Of a DNA stretch of 64,000 bases, positions 1-13,186 are shown piece after piece (position 1 is the stretch's first letter; each line of letters opens with the position of its first letter). Position numbers and translations under genes: made by a program. The notes under the pieces are model-generated. The model made no database searches and was not told the origin of the DNA. It saw only the letters and a program-made list of their open reading frames with translations. Location of the stretch: the NCBI GenBank assembly GCA_951406725.2, contig OX597818.1, positions 1,984,001-2,048,000 on the forward strand. Reading direction: 5' to 3'. Source of the DNA: Octopus vulgaris. Taxonomy: Eukaryota.

Positions 1-240
1 AATTAAGAACTAGAAAGCATCCAACTCGGTGCTCTGTCTTTTTTTACCAATGAAGCAAGTAAGATTAATGTAAACATCCTTTTCATTGCAAAAGTCCTGC
101 TGCATTCTCCAACTGGACAAACGAACATCTCAAGAAAACTTAAAAACTTTAATATATTACTCAAATACGTAAACATGCTTTTTATTGCAACAACACAATT
201 GAATTCAGAAATTCAAAAATCCAACGACGTGAATGTCAGA

Positions 241-460
241 GGCAAAAACAGCACGCCGGGCGAAATGCGTAGCCGTATTTCGTATGCCGTTACGTTCTGA
301 GTTCAAATTCCGACGAGGTCGACTTTGCCTTTCATCCTTTCAAGGTCGATAAATTACATACCAGTTACGCACTGGGGGTCGATGTAATCGACTTAATCCG
401 TTTGTCTGTCTTTGTTTGTCCCCTCTATGTTTAGCCCCTTGTGGGTAGTAAAGAAACAGG
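241..460 (+). mobile_element. tRNA-derived SINE, first monomer of a dimeric copy interrupted by the 24-kb TIR element
   Basis: B-box-like GAGTTCAAATTCC plus the GACTTTGCCTTTCATCCTTT..GGTCGATAAA core; collinear with the uninterrupted dimer at 34441-34835. Confidence 0.85.
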
Positions 461-730
461 GGATCTTTGCCTTTTGAAAGCCAGATTTTCCTAGTTAACT
501 AAACAATTTGAAACTTCGTATACTGGTAGATTGTGTCAAATGAAAACATAATAGTAAACCAAAATGAAAACGGAATTGTAATTTTTAAGTTTAACGTTGT
601 TTAAAAATTGGAATTTTAACCAATGATATTCTTTCTTTCGGCCTCATATTATTTACTGCTTCTCAAAATATTGTTACTGTGACGTAAACAGCTATTTTGT
701 GACGTAGCTAACGTATCAAAATGTAAACAT
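461..730 (+). repeat. left TIR (~270 bp)
   Basis: Shares blocks such as TTTGAAACTTCGTATACTGGTAGA and GTGACGTAAACAGCTATTTTGTGACGTA with the reverse complement of 24404-24681. Confidence 0.85.
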
Positions 731-784
731 CCGCTTATCGTTGCTGGTCTGGTTGCGGAGAAGAAGCAATAAGCATTTTCTGAT

Positions 785-1095
785 TTTCATTAAAATTTGT
801 CGAGCTTTTTTGATTTTCTGATTGCATGCAAATGGTTGCAGGCAGCTTTCTGGTTAACTTGAAGTTCTTTTGCCAGTTCTCAAGTGGTTTTATATGGATC
901 TTTCTCAATGACAGTCTCTACATAATGCTCACAATCTGCAAAATCATTTAAACCATTTTCAAGCTGACCTCTCACTGGTCATTTCCCCACCAAATGTTTC
1001 ATTGATATCATGAACAGTTTTAGCTGCTTTACATCTTTTTTTGAAGTTGAATAGCAAAACTGCTCAAATATCACACTTTCACAGTTCCATTTCAG
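785..1095 (-). pseudogene. degenerate mariner transposase N-terminal (HTH) fragment
   Basis: Manual minus-strand translation with stops: ..AVLLFNFKKRCKAAKTVHDINETFGGEMTSERSA*KWFK.. and ..IEKDPYKTT*ELAKELQVNQKAACNHLHAIRKSKKLDK, mariner-like. Confidence 0.65.
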
Positions 1096-1636
1096 ATGAT
1101 TGTAACAATGGGGAAAAAAAATATATAAATGTTAATTTATTGATGCATTTGGGTAAGTTTATATCTGTATTATCAGACAAATGCAAAAAAATGTTTAACA
1201 AAAATTCAAAACCCTGCAAAAATCTGGTACAAATTCTTCATGGTTCAAAACGTTGCTTATTTTTTATTCAACCTGATAATTGATTCGCTGTCTGAGGAAT
1301 TTTTAATAAGAGATATTTTATCATTTTCTCTTACATGTATAATATTCTAACTCCTACTAGCAAATGAAACATGTGCAATGGTGAATAAATAATACTAAAA
1401 ATATTTTCCAGTCTACTGTTTTGATGCGTAATTACTCTGCAAATATTATTTTCCAATATTTTTCTACTCTTATACATGCCTCACACAATTATAACATCTA
1501 CATACAATGTTGGCATACTGGAATATACAGGTGTGCTTCACGAGGACACGGCTTCGATTACAACCCTATCTACATACTATATATGTGTGTATGTATATAT
1601 ATATGCACGCATACATATGTACAAAAAGACTGATAG

Positions 1637-1785
1637 AAGGCACAGGCACATAGTTCCCTTCTTAATCATATGGTTTTGAGTTCAGTCCCAGTGCATGGCA
1701 AATTCGCCAAGTATCACTTATGATAGCCAAGATTGACCAAATCCTTGTGAGTGAATTTGATAGATGGAACCTGTAAGAAACCCAT
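1637..1785 (+). mobile_element. degenerate CORE-type tRNA SINE
   Basis: Similar to the copy at 44009-44172 (CCTTGTGAGTG.ATTTG.TAGA.GGAA.CTG..AGAA.CCC). Confidence 0.6.
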
Positions 1786-2122
1786 CTATATAATATGTGT
1801 GTATATCTGTTTATGTTTGTGCTCTATAAAAGTTGCAAGCTACAAGGTTTGTTGTTGTCATTTCTCTGGTTGACAAATTGTCTGCTTACTTCAAGCCTTT
1901 CAAGGCATGTGTAATTAAGAGATTCCTTATTTAAAACACAGTCAAGTGTTAATGACAGAAAAGGCATCTGGTTGTGAAAGAATACTTCAATCATTTTTTC
2001 ATTTAAAACATACTTGACTCGAAAAACGTGTAAATCAAACAAGACATATTTTAATACATACATGTATTTGATGATATTTATATGTATATATACATATGAT
2101 ATATGTATATATGATTGAAATA

Positions 2123-2175
<53 letters not shown>

Positions 2176-2177
<2 letters not shown>

Positions 2178-2858
2178 TTTTTTTATCTAGTTTCAGCTCA
2201 CAGCTGCAGCCGTGCTGATGCACCACCGTTTTGTGCTACACTGTTATTATGACGAACCTCGTCTAATATGTGGCACTTGGTGAAGAATGGAGTTTGATAT
2301 AGCTACTCTCATTTGCACCTCTTGCTGTGAGGTAGGTTCATCTGGGACTCTTGACAGGAAGATGTCCAGCTTTGATTTAAAAACCGCTACATCTACTTTG
2401 TGCAAGTTCCTCAGACTCTTTGAGAGAATATTAAAAAGCTGTGGGCCTTTGAAACCTAGGCTGTTGCATAAGCTGGTCCTGAAGCGTGATGGCATTGCTG
2501 GGATCTTTGGCACTATGCAGTGTCGTCCCGTTCTAGCATTGGTGTAGCTTACAATGCCAAATTTTGGCACAATTCCTTCCAGGATCTTCCAGACATATAT
2601 TACTGCATATCTCTCCCGTCTTCTCTCCAGGGATTAGAGTCTTAGCTGTTTCAACCTTTCCCAGTAGCTGAGCTGTTGCAAAGGGATGATCTTCTTTGTG
2701 AATCTTCTCTGGATTGCTTCAAGGTCCGCTGTTAATTTTACACTGGTGGGTGACCATAGCTGTGAGCAGTAATCCAGGCGACTGAGGACAAATGTCCGCC
2801 AGAGGACCATCATAGTTTCCTTATCTCTGGTTCTGAATGTTCTTAGGATCCACCCAGC

Positions 2859-2860
<2 letters not shown>
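2176..2860 (-). mobile_element. 5'-truncated CR1-group LINE (RT C-terminus and 3' UTR)
   Basis: GWILRTFRTRD..SRLDYCSQLWSP..LEAIQRRFTK and GPQLFNIL..VPDEPT; homologous to 7699-8713 and 47696-51286; flanked by (TA)n. Confidence 0.85.
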
Positions 2861-2895
<35 letters not shown>

Positions 2896-3887
2896 GAGAC
2901 TTTAATGGGCATGTTGGGCGGGAATCGGGTATCTTCACTGGGGTTCACGGTGGCCATGGTATTGGCACCAGAAATGAGGAGGGAACTAGACTACTGGAAT
3001 TCTGTGATGCATGTAACCTTTTAATCTGCAACACTAACTTCAGGAAGCCTGACTGCCACCATATAACATATCAGTCAGGGGACTCCGCTAGCCAAATAGA
3101 CTTCATCCTCACCAGACAGCGGGAAGCAGGGTCGCTCTTAAATACAAAGACCCTCCCGGGTGAAGAGTGTATCCCTCAGCATAGGCTAATAATTAGTGAC
3201 TTTAGGCTTGAGGCCAGAAGGACTCCAAGAAACAGACCAATCCAGAAAAGAAGGATTTGGAAGCTAAAGAACCCTTCACATGGTCAGAGATTTAGGGATA
3301 TCCTCATCAAGAAATTTAATGAGAGGGAGGAGGAGCTACAGACGTCGGATGTAGAAGGCAGCTGGAAATTCCTACGGGACAGCTTGCTGAGTGCCACAGA
3401 CCAAGTCTGTGGATGGGGTAAAGTTCCTTCCAGACCTAGAGTTACGTGGTGGTGGAATAGTGCAGTAGACAAAGCCATTAGTTCTAAGAAACAGGCCTGG
3501 AGAGCCTGGAGGGATGGGGGTAGCAGGGAACCGTACCAAGTAGCCAAAAGGGAGGCCAGGCGGCAGGTATACATAGCCAAAGATATAGCAGAAAAGAAGA
3601 AGTTTGCCAATGTCCAGCGACGTGAGGACCAAAGAACTGAGGTATTTCGGATTGCTAGACAGTGTGTGAGAGAAAATAGTGATGTTACAGGAGAGAAATG
3701 TGTCCGCATGGATGATGGGGCACTTGCCTTTAATGTTGGTGAAAAGAAAGAGGCTTGGAGAAGCCATTATGAAAGACTGCTGAATGTGGAGAATGAATGG
3801 GAGGAGGAGAGCCTGCCAAATGTTGACCCAGTAGAGGGACCAGCTATCTGAATAGACGGCTCCCTAGTAGATAAAGCAATTAAGGAT

Positions 3888-5396
3888 ATGAAACCGGGTA
3901 AAGCCCCCGGCCCATCAAGAATCACTGCTGAGATGCTTAAAACAGCTGGCTATGTGGGCTATGGCCTAGTCACCCGTATTGTTAACCAGGTAGTTCACAA
4001 TGGAGTCATACCCAATGACTGGCGTAGCAGCACCATAGTCAACTGCTACAAGGGTAAGGGTAAGGGTGATGCTCTAGATAGAAATAACTACAGGGGTATT
4101 AAACTGTTAGATCAGGTGATGAAGACCACAGAGAGGGTCATAACCCATCTCATTAGGGAGAGAATTTGCTTAGATGAGATGCAGTTCGGTTTTGTGCCAG
4201 GTAGAAGCACCACTGATGCTATATTCCTGGTCCGACAACTGCAGGAGAAGTACCTAGCTAAAGATAAACCCCTCTACATAGCTTTTGTGGACTTGGAGAA
4301 AGCCTTTGACAGGGTTCCCCGATTCCTTATCTGGTGGTCGATGCGGAAACTGTTGATTGACGAATGGCTAATAAGGGCTGTACAGGCTCTATACAGAGAG
4401 GCTGTCAGCAAGGTTAGGATTGGCAACGAATATAGTGAAGAATTCCGGGTTGAAGTAGGTGTACACCAGGGCTCGGCCCTCAGTCCCCTTTTATTCATCA
4501 TAGTCCTCCAGGCAATAACAGAGGAATTCAAAACAGGTTGCCCCTGGGAGCTCCTCTATGCTGATGACCTGGCCCTCATAGCAGAATCACTACCGGAACT
4601 AAAAAAGAAATTTTGGGTGTGGAAACAAGGGTTAGAATCTAAGGGCCTTAGAGTAAATGTAGCGAAGACCAAAGTTATAGTATGCAGAAAGGCGAACTCA
4701 GCACACACCCCATCGGGCAGGTGGCCCTGCTCGAGCTGTAGGAAAGGTGTAGGTAGAAACTCCATAAGATGCACCCAGTGTAAGCTATGGACGCATAAGA
4801 GGTGCAGCAACATCAAAGGGAAATTAACTGATAAGATAGCTTTCATGTGCGGCAGATGCACAGGGACAATAGACACCACAGACACTAAAAAAACAGATTC
4901 CATCACACTCCAGGGGGAGAAACTAGAAGTAGTTGATAGTTTCCGCTACCTGGGTGACCAAGTTAGTAGTGGGGGTGGATGCACAGAGAGTGTCACCACT
5001 AGAATACGAATAGCCTGGGCAAAGTTTAGAAAGCTCCTACCCCTACTGGCGACAAAGGGTCTCTCACTCAGAGTGAAAGGTAGATTGTATGATGCATGTG
5101 TGCGAACTGCTATGCTTCACGGCAGTGAAACATGGGCCGTGACTGCAGAGGACATGCGTAGACTTGAAAGAAATGAAGCTAGCATGATCCGCTGGATGTG
5201 CAATGTCAGTGTGAATGCACGACAGAGTGTAAGCACCCTGAGAGAAATGCTAGGCATAAGAAGCATCAGATGCGGTGTGCAAGAGCGACGCTTGCGATGG
5301 TATGGTCATGTACTGCGGATGGATGAGGAGAGATGTGTGAAGAAGTGCCACTCCCGAACAGTTGAAGGAATCAGGGGGAGACATGGGATGAGGTAG
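3888..5396 (+). pseudogene. RTE reverse transcriptase ORF segment with a Cys/His (PHD-like) insertion; separated from the upstream part by a stop at 3849-3851
   Basis: 502-aa ORF in the track with RT motifs and CSSC..CTQC..H..C..CGRC. Confidence 0.85.
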
Positions 5397-5539
5397 TCAA
5401 GCATGACCTCAGAGCGTTGGGCCTCACTGAGGCAATGGCGAAGGACCGAGATCTCTGGAGATGTGCTGTGACTACTAAGACCCGAGATGCTTCCGGCACC
5501 AGTTCCGCATACCCCCTGCCCATCCAAAGCACCTTGGAT

Positions 5540-6890
5540 CCCGGAACATCTCGCTGTGCTTGAGGAGACCTGTTGAGTCAAGTGCATGTACCGGAACATC
5601 TCGCTGGGCTTGAGGAGACCTGTTGAGTCAAGTGCATTTACATGAACATCGAACCAAATATCAATGGAAACAGTAGTTGTGATTCCTGTGCCGGTGACAC
5701 ATAAAGAGCACCATCCGAACATGGCCATTGCCAGTGTAGCCTCCCCTGGCTCCTGTGCCGGTGGCACATAAAAAGCACCATCCGACCGTGACCGATGCCA
5801 ACCCCGCCTCGAATGGCTTCTGTGCCGGTGGCACATGAACATCGAACCAAATATCAATGGAAACATTAGTTGTGAGACCTGTGCCGGTGACACATAAAAA
5901 GCACCATCCGAACGTGGCCGTTGCCAGTGCAGCCTCCACGCCTCGAATGGCTTCTGTGCCGGTGACACATGAACATCGAACCAAATATCAATGGAAACAG
6001 TAGTTGTGATACCTGTGCCGGTGACACATAAAAAGCACCATCCGAACGTGGCCGTTGCCAGTGCAGCCTCCACTGGCTTCTGTGCCGGTGGCACATAAAA
6101 AGCACCAACCGATCGTGGGATCCCGGAACATCTCGCTGGGCTTGAGGAGACCTGTTGAGTCAAGTGCATGTACCGGAACATCTCGCTGGGCTTGAGGAGA
6201 CCTGTTGAGTCAAGTGCATGTACATGAGAATCGAACCAAATATCAATGGAAACAGTAGTAGTTGTGATACCTGTGCCGGTGACACATAAAAAGCACCATC
6301 CGAACGTGGCCGTTGCCAGTGCAGCCTCCACTGGCTTCTGTGCCGGCGGCACATAAAAAGCTCCATCCGAACGTAACCGATGCCAACCCCGCCAGCACCA
6401 TCCGAACGTGGCCGTTGCCAGTGCATCCTCCACTGGCTTCTGTGCCGGTGGCACATAAAAAGCACCAACCGATCGTGGGATCTCGGAACATCTCGCTGTG
6501 CTTGAGGAGACCTGTTGAGTCAAGTGCATGTACATGAACATCGAACCAAATATCAATGGAAACAGTAGTTGTGATACCTGTACCGGTGACACATAAAAAG
6601 CACCATCCGAACGTGGCCAAGCACCATCTGAACGTGGCCGTTGCCAGTGCAGCCTCCACTAGCTTCTGTGCCGGTGGCACATAAAAAGCACCATCCGAAT
6701 GTGACCGATGCCAACCCTGCCTCGAATGGCTTCTGTGCCGGTGGCACATAAAAAGCACCATCCGAACGTGGCCGATGCCAGCACCGCCTTGACTGGCTTC
6801 TGTGCCGGTAGCACATAAAAAAAAAAGCACCAACCGATCGTGGCCGATGCCAGACCCCTCTGGCTCCTGTGCAGGTGGAACGTAAAAAGC
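5540..6890 (+). repeat. modular tandem repeats (~50-65-bp modules) in the RTE 3' UTR
   Basis: Recurring CCGGAACATCTCGCTG.GCTTGAGGAGACC, CATGAACATCGAACCAAATATCAATGG and GTGCCGGTG.CACATAAAAAGCACC modules. Confidence 0.9.
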
Positions 6891-7064
6891 GCCCACTACA
6901 CTCGCGGAGTGGTTGGCGTTAGGAAGGGCATCAAGCTGTAGAAACACTGCCAGATCAGACTGGAGCCTGGAGCAGCCCCTGGCTCCCCAGACCCCGGTCG
7001 AACCGTCCAACCCGTGCTAGCGCGGAAAACGGACGTTAAACGATGATGATGATGATGATGATAA

Positions 7065-7066
<2 letters not shown>

Positions 7067-7121
<55 letters not shown>

Positions 7122-7487
7122 ATATATATATATATGATATGTATATATATATATAATATGTATATAGATATATGATATGTATATATATATATATGATATG
7201 TATATATATGATATGTATATATATATATATGATATGTATATATATATATGATATGTATATATATAAATATGATATGTATATATATATATATGATATATAT
7301 ATATATATGATATGTATATATATATATATGATATGTATATATATATATGATATGTATATATATATATATGATATGTATATATATATGATATGTATATATA
7401 TATATATATATGATATGTATATATATATATATATATGATATGTATATATATATATATGATATGTGTATATATATATATATATATATG

Positions 7488-7525
<38 letters not shown>

Positions 7526-7698
7526 TATATCATATGTATATATATACACATATCATATATATATATATGTATATATATGTATATATATATGATATATATA
7601 TATGTGTCTATATATATATATATATAATATATGTATATATATATATTATATATGTATATATATATATGATATGTATATATATATATATGATATGTATA
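7067..7698. repeat. compound (TA)n/TATGATATG microsatellite
   Basis: Direct reading. Confidence 0.95.
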
Positions 7699-8713
7699 TG
7701 ACCACCCTTGCTAGCTATGCAGATGACACAAAAGTCTCCCATGCAATACAGAACCCTGAAAATATTGCGCATCTGCAACAGGAGTTGGACACAATATACA
7801 GGTGGGCTGAGGACAACAACATGCAGTTTAATGCAAGTAATTTCCAGGCCCTGCGCTACTGGCACACAAAAGTAAACGACGTGCAGACTGGATACACTGG
7901 CCCAGGAAGAATTGCAATCTCTGAGTCAAAATCAGTGCGTGACCTGGGCATTGACATGAGCAATGATGCATCTTTCCAAGTGCATATTGCTAATCTGGTG
8001 ATAAAATGCAGACAGCTAGCTGGATGGATTCTCCGAACTTTCAGAACAAGAGAAAAGAAGACACTGATGGTCCTATGGAGAACATTCGTCCTCAGCCGCT
8101 TGGACTACTGCTCCCAACTGTGGTCACCATACAATATAAAACTAACAGCAGAACTCGAAGCAATTCAGAGAAGCTACACAAAGAAAATCGTCTCAATGCA
8201 AAATATCAGCTACTGGGAAAGACTGAAGGTATTAAACCTCTTCTCCCTAGAGCGGAGGCGGGAGAGATATGCGGTGATATACATCTGGAAAATCCTGGAG
8301 GGTCTTGTCCCAAACTTTGGCATTCAAAGTTACCCCAACCGCAGAACGGGGCGCCACTGCATGGTGCCAAGGATTCCAACATCACCATCAAAATACAGGT
8401 CCAGATACTGCAACAGCTTAGGTTTCAGAGGACCACAGCTCTTTAACATCCTCCCTAAATGCCTGAGAGACTTACATGGTGTGGATGTGGGTTTCTTTAA
8501 AACTAAACTGGATCTCTTCTTGTCGGGAGTCCCAGATGAACCTACCTCGCGACAGGAGACACGGATGCTGGCAGCAGCATCGAACTCCCTTGTTGATCAA
8601 GTGCCACATATCAGAGGTGGATTCACAAATTAGTGTAGCTCATTCAGCGGTGGTGCCCAGCATGGCCGCGGCCTTCGGCTAAAACATTTTTAAGGATTTA
8701 AGGATTTAAGGAT
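7699..8713 (+). mobile_element. 5'-truncated CR1-group LINE, RT C-terminal ORF open, (TTTAAGGA)n tail
   Basis: YADDTKV..VRDLGI..LERRRERY..PDEPT; 3' stem-loop followed by tandem tail; within TA tracts. Confidence 0.9.
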
Positions 8714-8731
8714 ATATATATATATATATAC

Positions 8732-9203
8732 GCGAGAAAGAAGCAACAAGAATGGTTAAGTTTTTAGTACAATCGTTTCATACAAAGACAGGCTTTATTA
8801 AAAGTTGCAAAAATTGCAGCATATAAACGTGTCCCGTACTCATCAGCTAAAATACATGTGAGTTCCCTAGACATCTTAGTGGTTGAGGCTATACTCATGA
8901 AGTAATGTAGATAATTAAGTAACACAAACAGATTTCCAAATTTCATTAAAGTTCTTTAAAGACTGTGCATCATCTTTAAAGAACTTTAATGAAATTTAGA
9001 AATCTGTTTGTGTTACTTAATTATCTACATTACTTCATGAGTATAGCCTCAACCACTAAGATGCCTAGGGAACTCACATGTATTTTAGCTGATGAGTACG
9101 GGACACGTTTATATGCTGCAATTTTTGCAACTTTTAATAAAGCCTGTCTTTGTATGAAACGATTGTACTAAAAACTTATCCATTCTTGTTGCTTCTTTCT
9201 CGC
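8732..9203. repeat. ~230-bp-arm inverted repeat (PLE pLTR-like), each arm with a hammerhead
   Basis: 8732-8962 is the reverse complement of 8973-9203 with few mismatches; near-identical 60-aa pseudo-ORFs on opposite strands in the track. Confidence 0.9.
9083..9173 (+). ncRNA. type-I hammerhead ribozyme with long stem II (mirror copy at 8762-8852, minus strand)
   Basis: TTTTAG-CTGATGA-GTACGGGACA..TGTCTTTGTAT-GAAA-CGATTG-TA-CTAAAA; GUA cleavage triplet. Confidence 0.75.
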
Positions 9204-9454
9204 TTATAATCACCCCACATTACTGTATGGTTAAAACCGTATAGTTTTTTGGTGCATCTAAGTTAGGTACCATATTCAAGTAAATTCATTAAAATTGACT
9301 TGAATCTTTATTGCTTTTTGTATATATATATATATATATATATATGATATGTATATATATATATATGATATGTATATATATATATGATATGTATATATAT
9401 ATATATGATATGTGTATATAAATATATATGATATGTATATATATATATATATAT

Positions 9455-10558
9455 TGTTACGAGGGGGACCTCCGAAAACTGTACGGAATCCCTCAGACAG
9501 GCCCGACTCGATCAGCGAATATTCCCGCCACGGAAACTCGTCGGAGAGAGGAGAGGAGAGACACAACAACAACAACCGCAGCAGCACAGAGAGATACAGA
9601 GGCACAGAGGCAAGGCAACACTGGCTTATATTTAACAACAGTTTATATGACAATCAATGGTTACAACATCAAAGCATTTAAGGCAAACAACAAATCAATA
9701 CATCATACGAGTATACCACAGATCAAAGCATTTAACAACATGCATGTAACAATATATCAGTCCGGAGACACAACAAGTCATATACAGTATTTCAAAGGTA
9801 CACGTCCGAAGACACAGTTCTTTTTCCAAATCACATCAACAGATAACGTTCACAGTTCTTTATAATCTTTTTCTACACATATCAACACAATTCTGAACAT
9901 AAATACCACAACTCGATAATCGACATATCGACAAGTCCTTGACTGTTCTTTTCACTGTTCAATACACCGTGACACGTATCAATACACAATCAAATACCTT
10001 AATTCCTAATTAGAATCGCCAGTGTCCCATTCTGCACTCATCTCTCCGTACCGCTAATTCCAGCTCGCCAGCTCTCGCATCCCAATCGCTTGCTCCTAGA
10101 ATTCCACCGCTTGCTCCCAAGATTCCGTCTGTGTTCTCTGACGACCGACTCCCAACTGCCAAAACCTCACTTCGTCTCTCTCCTTCCCACTGCCCTCTAC
10201 CGCCTATACCCTCTCTATTTGCTCTCTGATTCCCTACTCTATCTCTATCGCCCGCTGCCTATCACCCTCTCATGACAGCTCTACCATACTCTCTGCCTGT
10301 CCTTCTCTGCCCCCCTCGTCCTCTCTCACTGCTAATTCTTCCTCACATCTGTCCCTTAGCCTTATACTCTATCTCTCTCACTACTTTTCTTCCTCTTCTT
10401 CAAGGGATGTCTAGAACGACCCCTAATCGACCGCACAATGCCAGAAAGGTCCCATTAATCTCCCATTAAACAAAGGACTGTCACTTTTTACTCCAGGCCT
10501 GCCGGCGCCATTATTCCAAGGTGGGTCACCAATACTGCACTAGCCAAAATCCATAACA
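9455..10558. mobile_element. probable solo LTR (~1.1 kb)
   Basis: TGTTA...TAACA termini, ATAT on both flanks within a TA tract, no coding remnant. Confidence 0.6.
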
Positions 10559-10567
10559 ATATATATG

Positions 10568-10632
<65 letters not shown>

Positions 10633-10697
10633 TATATGATATGTATATATATACACATATCATATATATATATATACATATCACATATATATATATA

Positions 10698-10731
<34 letters not shown>

Positions 10732-10911
10732 CATATATATACATATATATATATATGATATGTGTATATATATACATATCATATATGATATATATATATA
10801 TATATATACATATCATATATATATATATACATATCATATATATATATACATATCATATATATATATATATATATACATATCATATATATATATATACATA
10901 TCATATATATA

Positions 10912-10977
10912 TCCTTAAATCCTTAAAAATGTTTTAGCCCGAAGGCCGCGGCCATGCTGGGGCACGACCGCTGAATG
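10912..10977 (-). mobile_element. very short CR1-group 3' tail copy
   Basis: Reverse complement matches 8641-8713 (CAGCATGGCCGCGGCCTTCGG..CATTTTTAAGGATTTAAGG). Confidence 0.8.
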
Positions 10978-11063
10978 TATATATATATATATATCATATA
11001 TATATGTATATGATACATATATATATATATATGATAATATATCATATATTTATATGCAATATG

Positions 11064-11144
<81 letters not shown>

Positions 11145-11164
11145 GATATGTATATATATAGATA

Positions 11165-11335
11165 TATAGTTAATCCAAACATGAAAACAAAGACAAAACA
11201 CAACAACGCGAGGACGTGGAACAAGTAAAGTGTCATTGAACACTGCAGAAAAGAAAGAAAGAAAGGGGATTTAACATTTTGATTGGAGCTCTTCATCAGA
11301 AATATAGGAAAGGGAAAGATATACACACGGTCACA
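11165..11335 (-). mobile_element. PLE-derived repeat with a decayed minimal hammerhead
   Basis: Homologous to 43780-43958; minus strand reads ATATTTCTGATGAAGAGCTCC. Confidence 0.6.
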
Positions 11336-11670
11336 TATATTTAAAATTATAATTTAGGGTATCTAAGAGAGACCACCACGCAGAAATAGCAGTCAAAAAT
11401 TGACTCTAAAACCACATTAAATGTTCATAGAGCACCAGGAGGGAAGACAAAGTAAACGAGCAAAAAAATGATATATATATATATGATAATTATATATGAT
11501 ATATGTTTATATATATATATATGATAATTATATATGATATATGTTTATATATATATATGATAATTATATGATATATACATATGTATATATATATGATATA
11601 TGTGTGTATATATATATATGATAATTATATATGATATATGTTTATATATATATATATGATAATTATGATA

Positions 11671-11797
11671 TTTCTGTGCCAGTGGCACATAAAAAGACTG
11701 GAGCCTGGAGCAGCCCCTGGCTCCCCAGACCCCGGTCGAACCGTCCAACCCATGCTAGCACGGAAAACGGACGTTAAACGATGATGATGATGATGAT
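11671..11797 (+). mobile_element. RTE 3'-tail fragment
   Basis: Matches 6955-7060, with (GAT)n tail. Confidence 0.8.
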
Positions 11798-11959
11798 ATA
11801 TACATATGCATATATATATCATATATGTGTGCATATACATATATGATAATTATATATGATATATATATGTGTATATGTATGTATATATATGTATATGTAT
11901 GTATATATATGTATATGCATGTATGTATATGTATGTATATGTATGTATGTATATGTATG

Positions 11960-12018
<59 letters not shown>

Positions 12019-12052
12019 GTATGTATGTATATGTATGTATATATATATATGT

Positions 12053-12086
<34 letters not shown>

Positions 12087-12524
12087 ACGTTTAAATATTT
12101 GTTGTGCAAGATTTTTTATGTGAAGTCGTGTGTTGAAACAGATGTTGTTATATTTCAGAATGGTCATTTTGCCAGTTTAGCCAATAAATACACACACACT
12201 ATATATTTGGTGTTATTTTGCTTCAGTGTTATTTATTTTTTACATTAATCTTAATCTTATTTCGGCAAGAGTTCTGTCGTCACGCTCCTGTGACCGCATC
12301 AGTGGTCCTTTGTTTTCTTCTTTCTTATTTGTGTCTCTCCTTACTAACCATCAGCCATTTTGTATTTCTATTGTATGTCTTCATTTGCGCATGCTTATAT
12401 CTCTATGTATATATATATGTATATATGTATATATATATATGTATATATATATATGTATATATATTTATGTATATATATATATATATATATATGTATATAC
12501 ATACATATATATACATACATATAC

Positions 12525-12569
<45 letters not shown>

Positions 12570-12585
12570 CATATACATACATATA

Positions 12586-12815
12586 TAAATGAACATTGGA
12601 GACAACTCAAGGAAGGTAAAAGCTCATCGATTCTGTACCAACACGCCGAACAGGAACACGGGGGATCAATTAATAACATAGAAATTAAAATATTGTCCAC
12701 ACATAGAACAGATGCAACAATTAGACAAATTACAGAAGCTACACGCATAATAGAAAATAAACCTAGCCTGAATAGAAAACTAGAATGGAGCACTAGCACA
12801 CACCACAACATATGA
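12586..12815 (+). pseudogene. PLE GIY-YIG endonuclease C-terminal fragment
   Basis: [38 protein letters not shown]. Confidence 0.65.
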
Positions 12816-12873
12816 CGATAGAGGATCCCAAAAACAGAATAAATACATGGATAAATAAACAAATAGAAATAAA

Positions 12874-12938
<65 letters not shown>

Positions 12939-13186
12939 GTACACACATATATATATACAAAATAAGAAAATGGAGAAATACATCAAATCAAATATCAATT
13001 ACCAGATAATACTCAATCACATACTTTATTAAACCACTACATAAGAAACTATAAGGTTAAACATAATAATGCAGGGTAAAACAGTGTACATGAAGGAGTG
13101 TACATAAAATAGTAATGTTATACAATAAGTAGAATACGTATAATAGAACACAAATATAAGTACACATAAATATAAATATAGACTAT

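Larger units (their letters stand above)
2896..7066 (+). mobile_element. RTE-clade LINE, 5'-truncated, with repetitive 3' UTR and (GAT)n tail
   Basis: APE remnant (DFNGHVG..SQIDFIL), RT motifs QFGFVPGRSTTDAIF, FVDLEKAFDRV, GVHQGSALSPLLF, YADD; ends GGACGTTAAAC(GAT)n. Confidence 0.92.

Noticed and set aside
5306-7010. 428-aa and 255-aa minus-strand ORFs
   Set aside because: Antisense read-through of stop-poor tandem repeats in the RTE 3' UTR; no domain motifs
7017-12600. Many YIYI/ICIY-type ORFs (also 30273-32571, 45867-47600, 56900-57400, 63200-63700)
   Set aside because: Translations of TA/CA microsatellites, not genes
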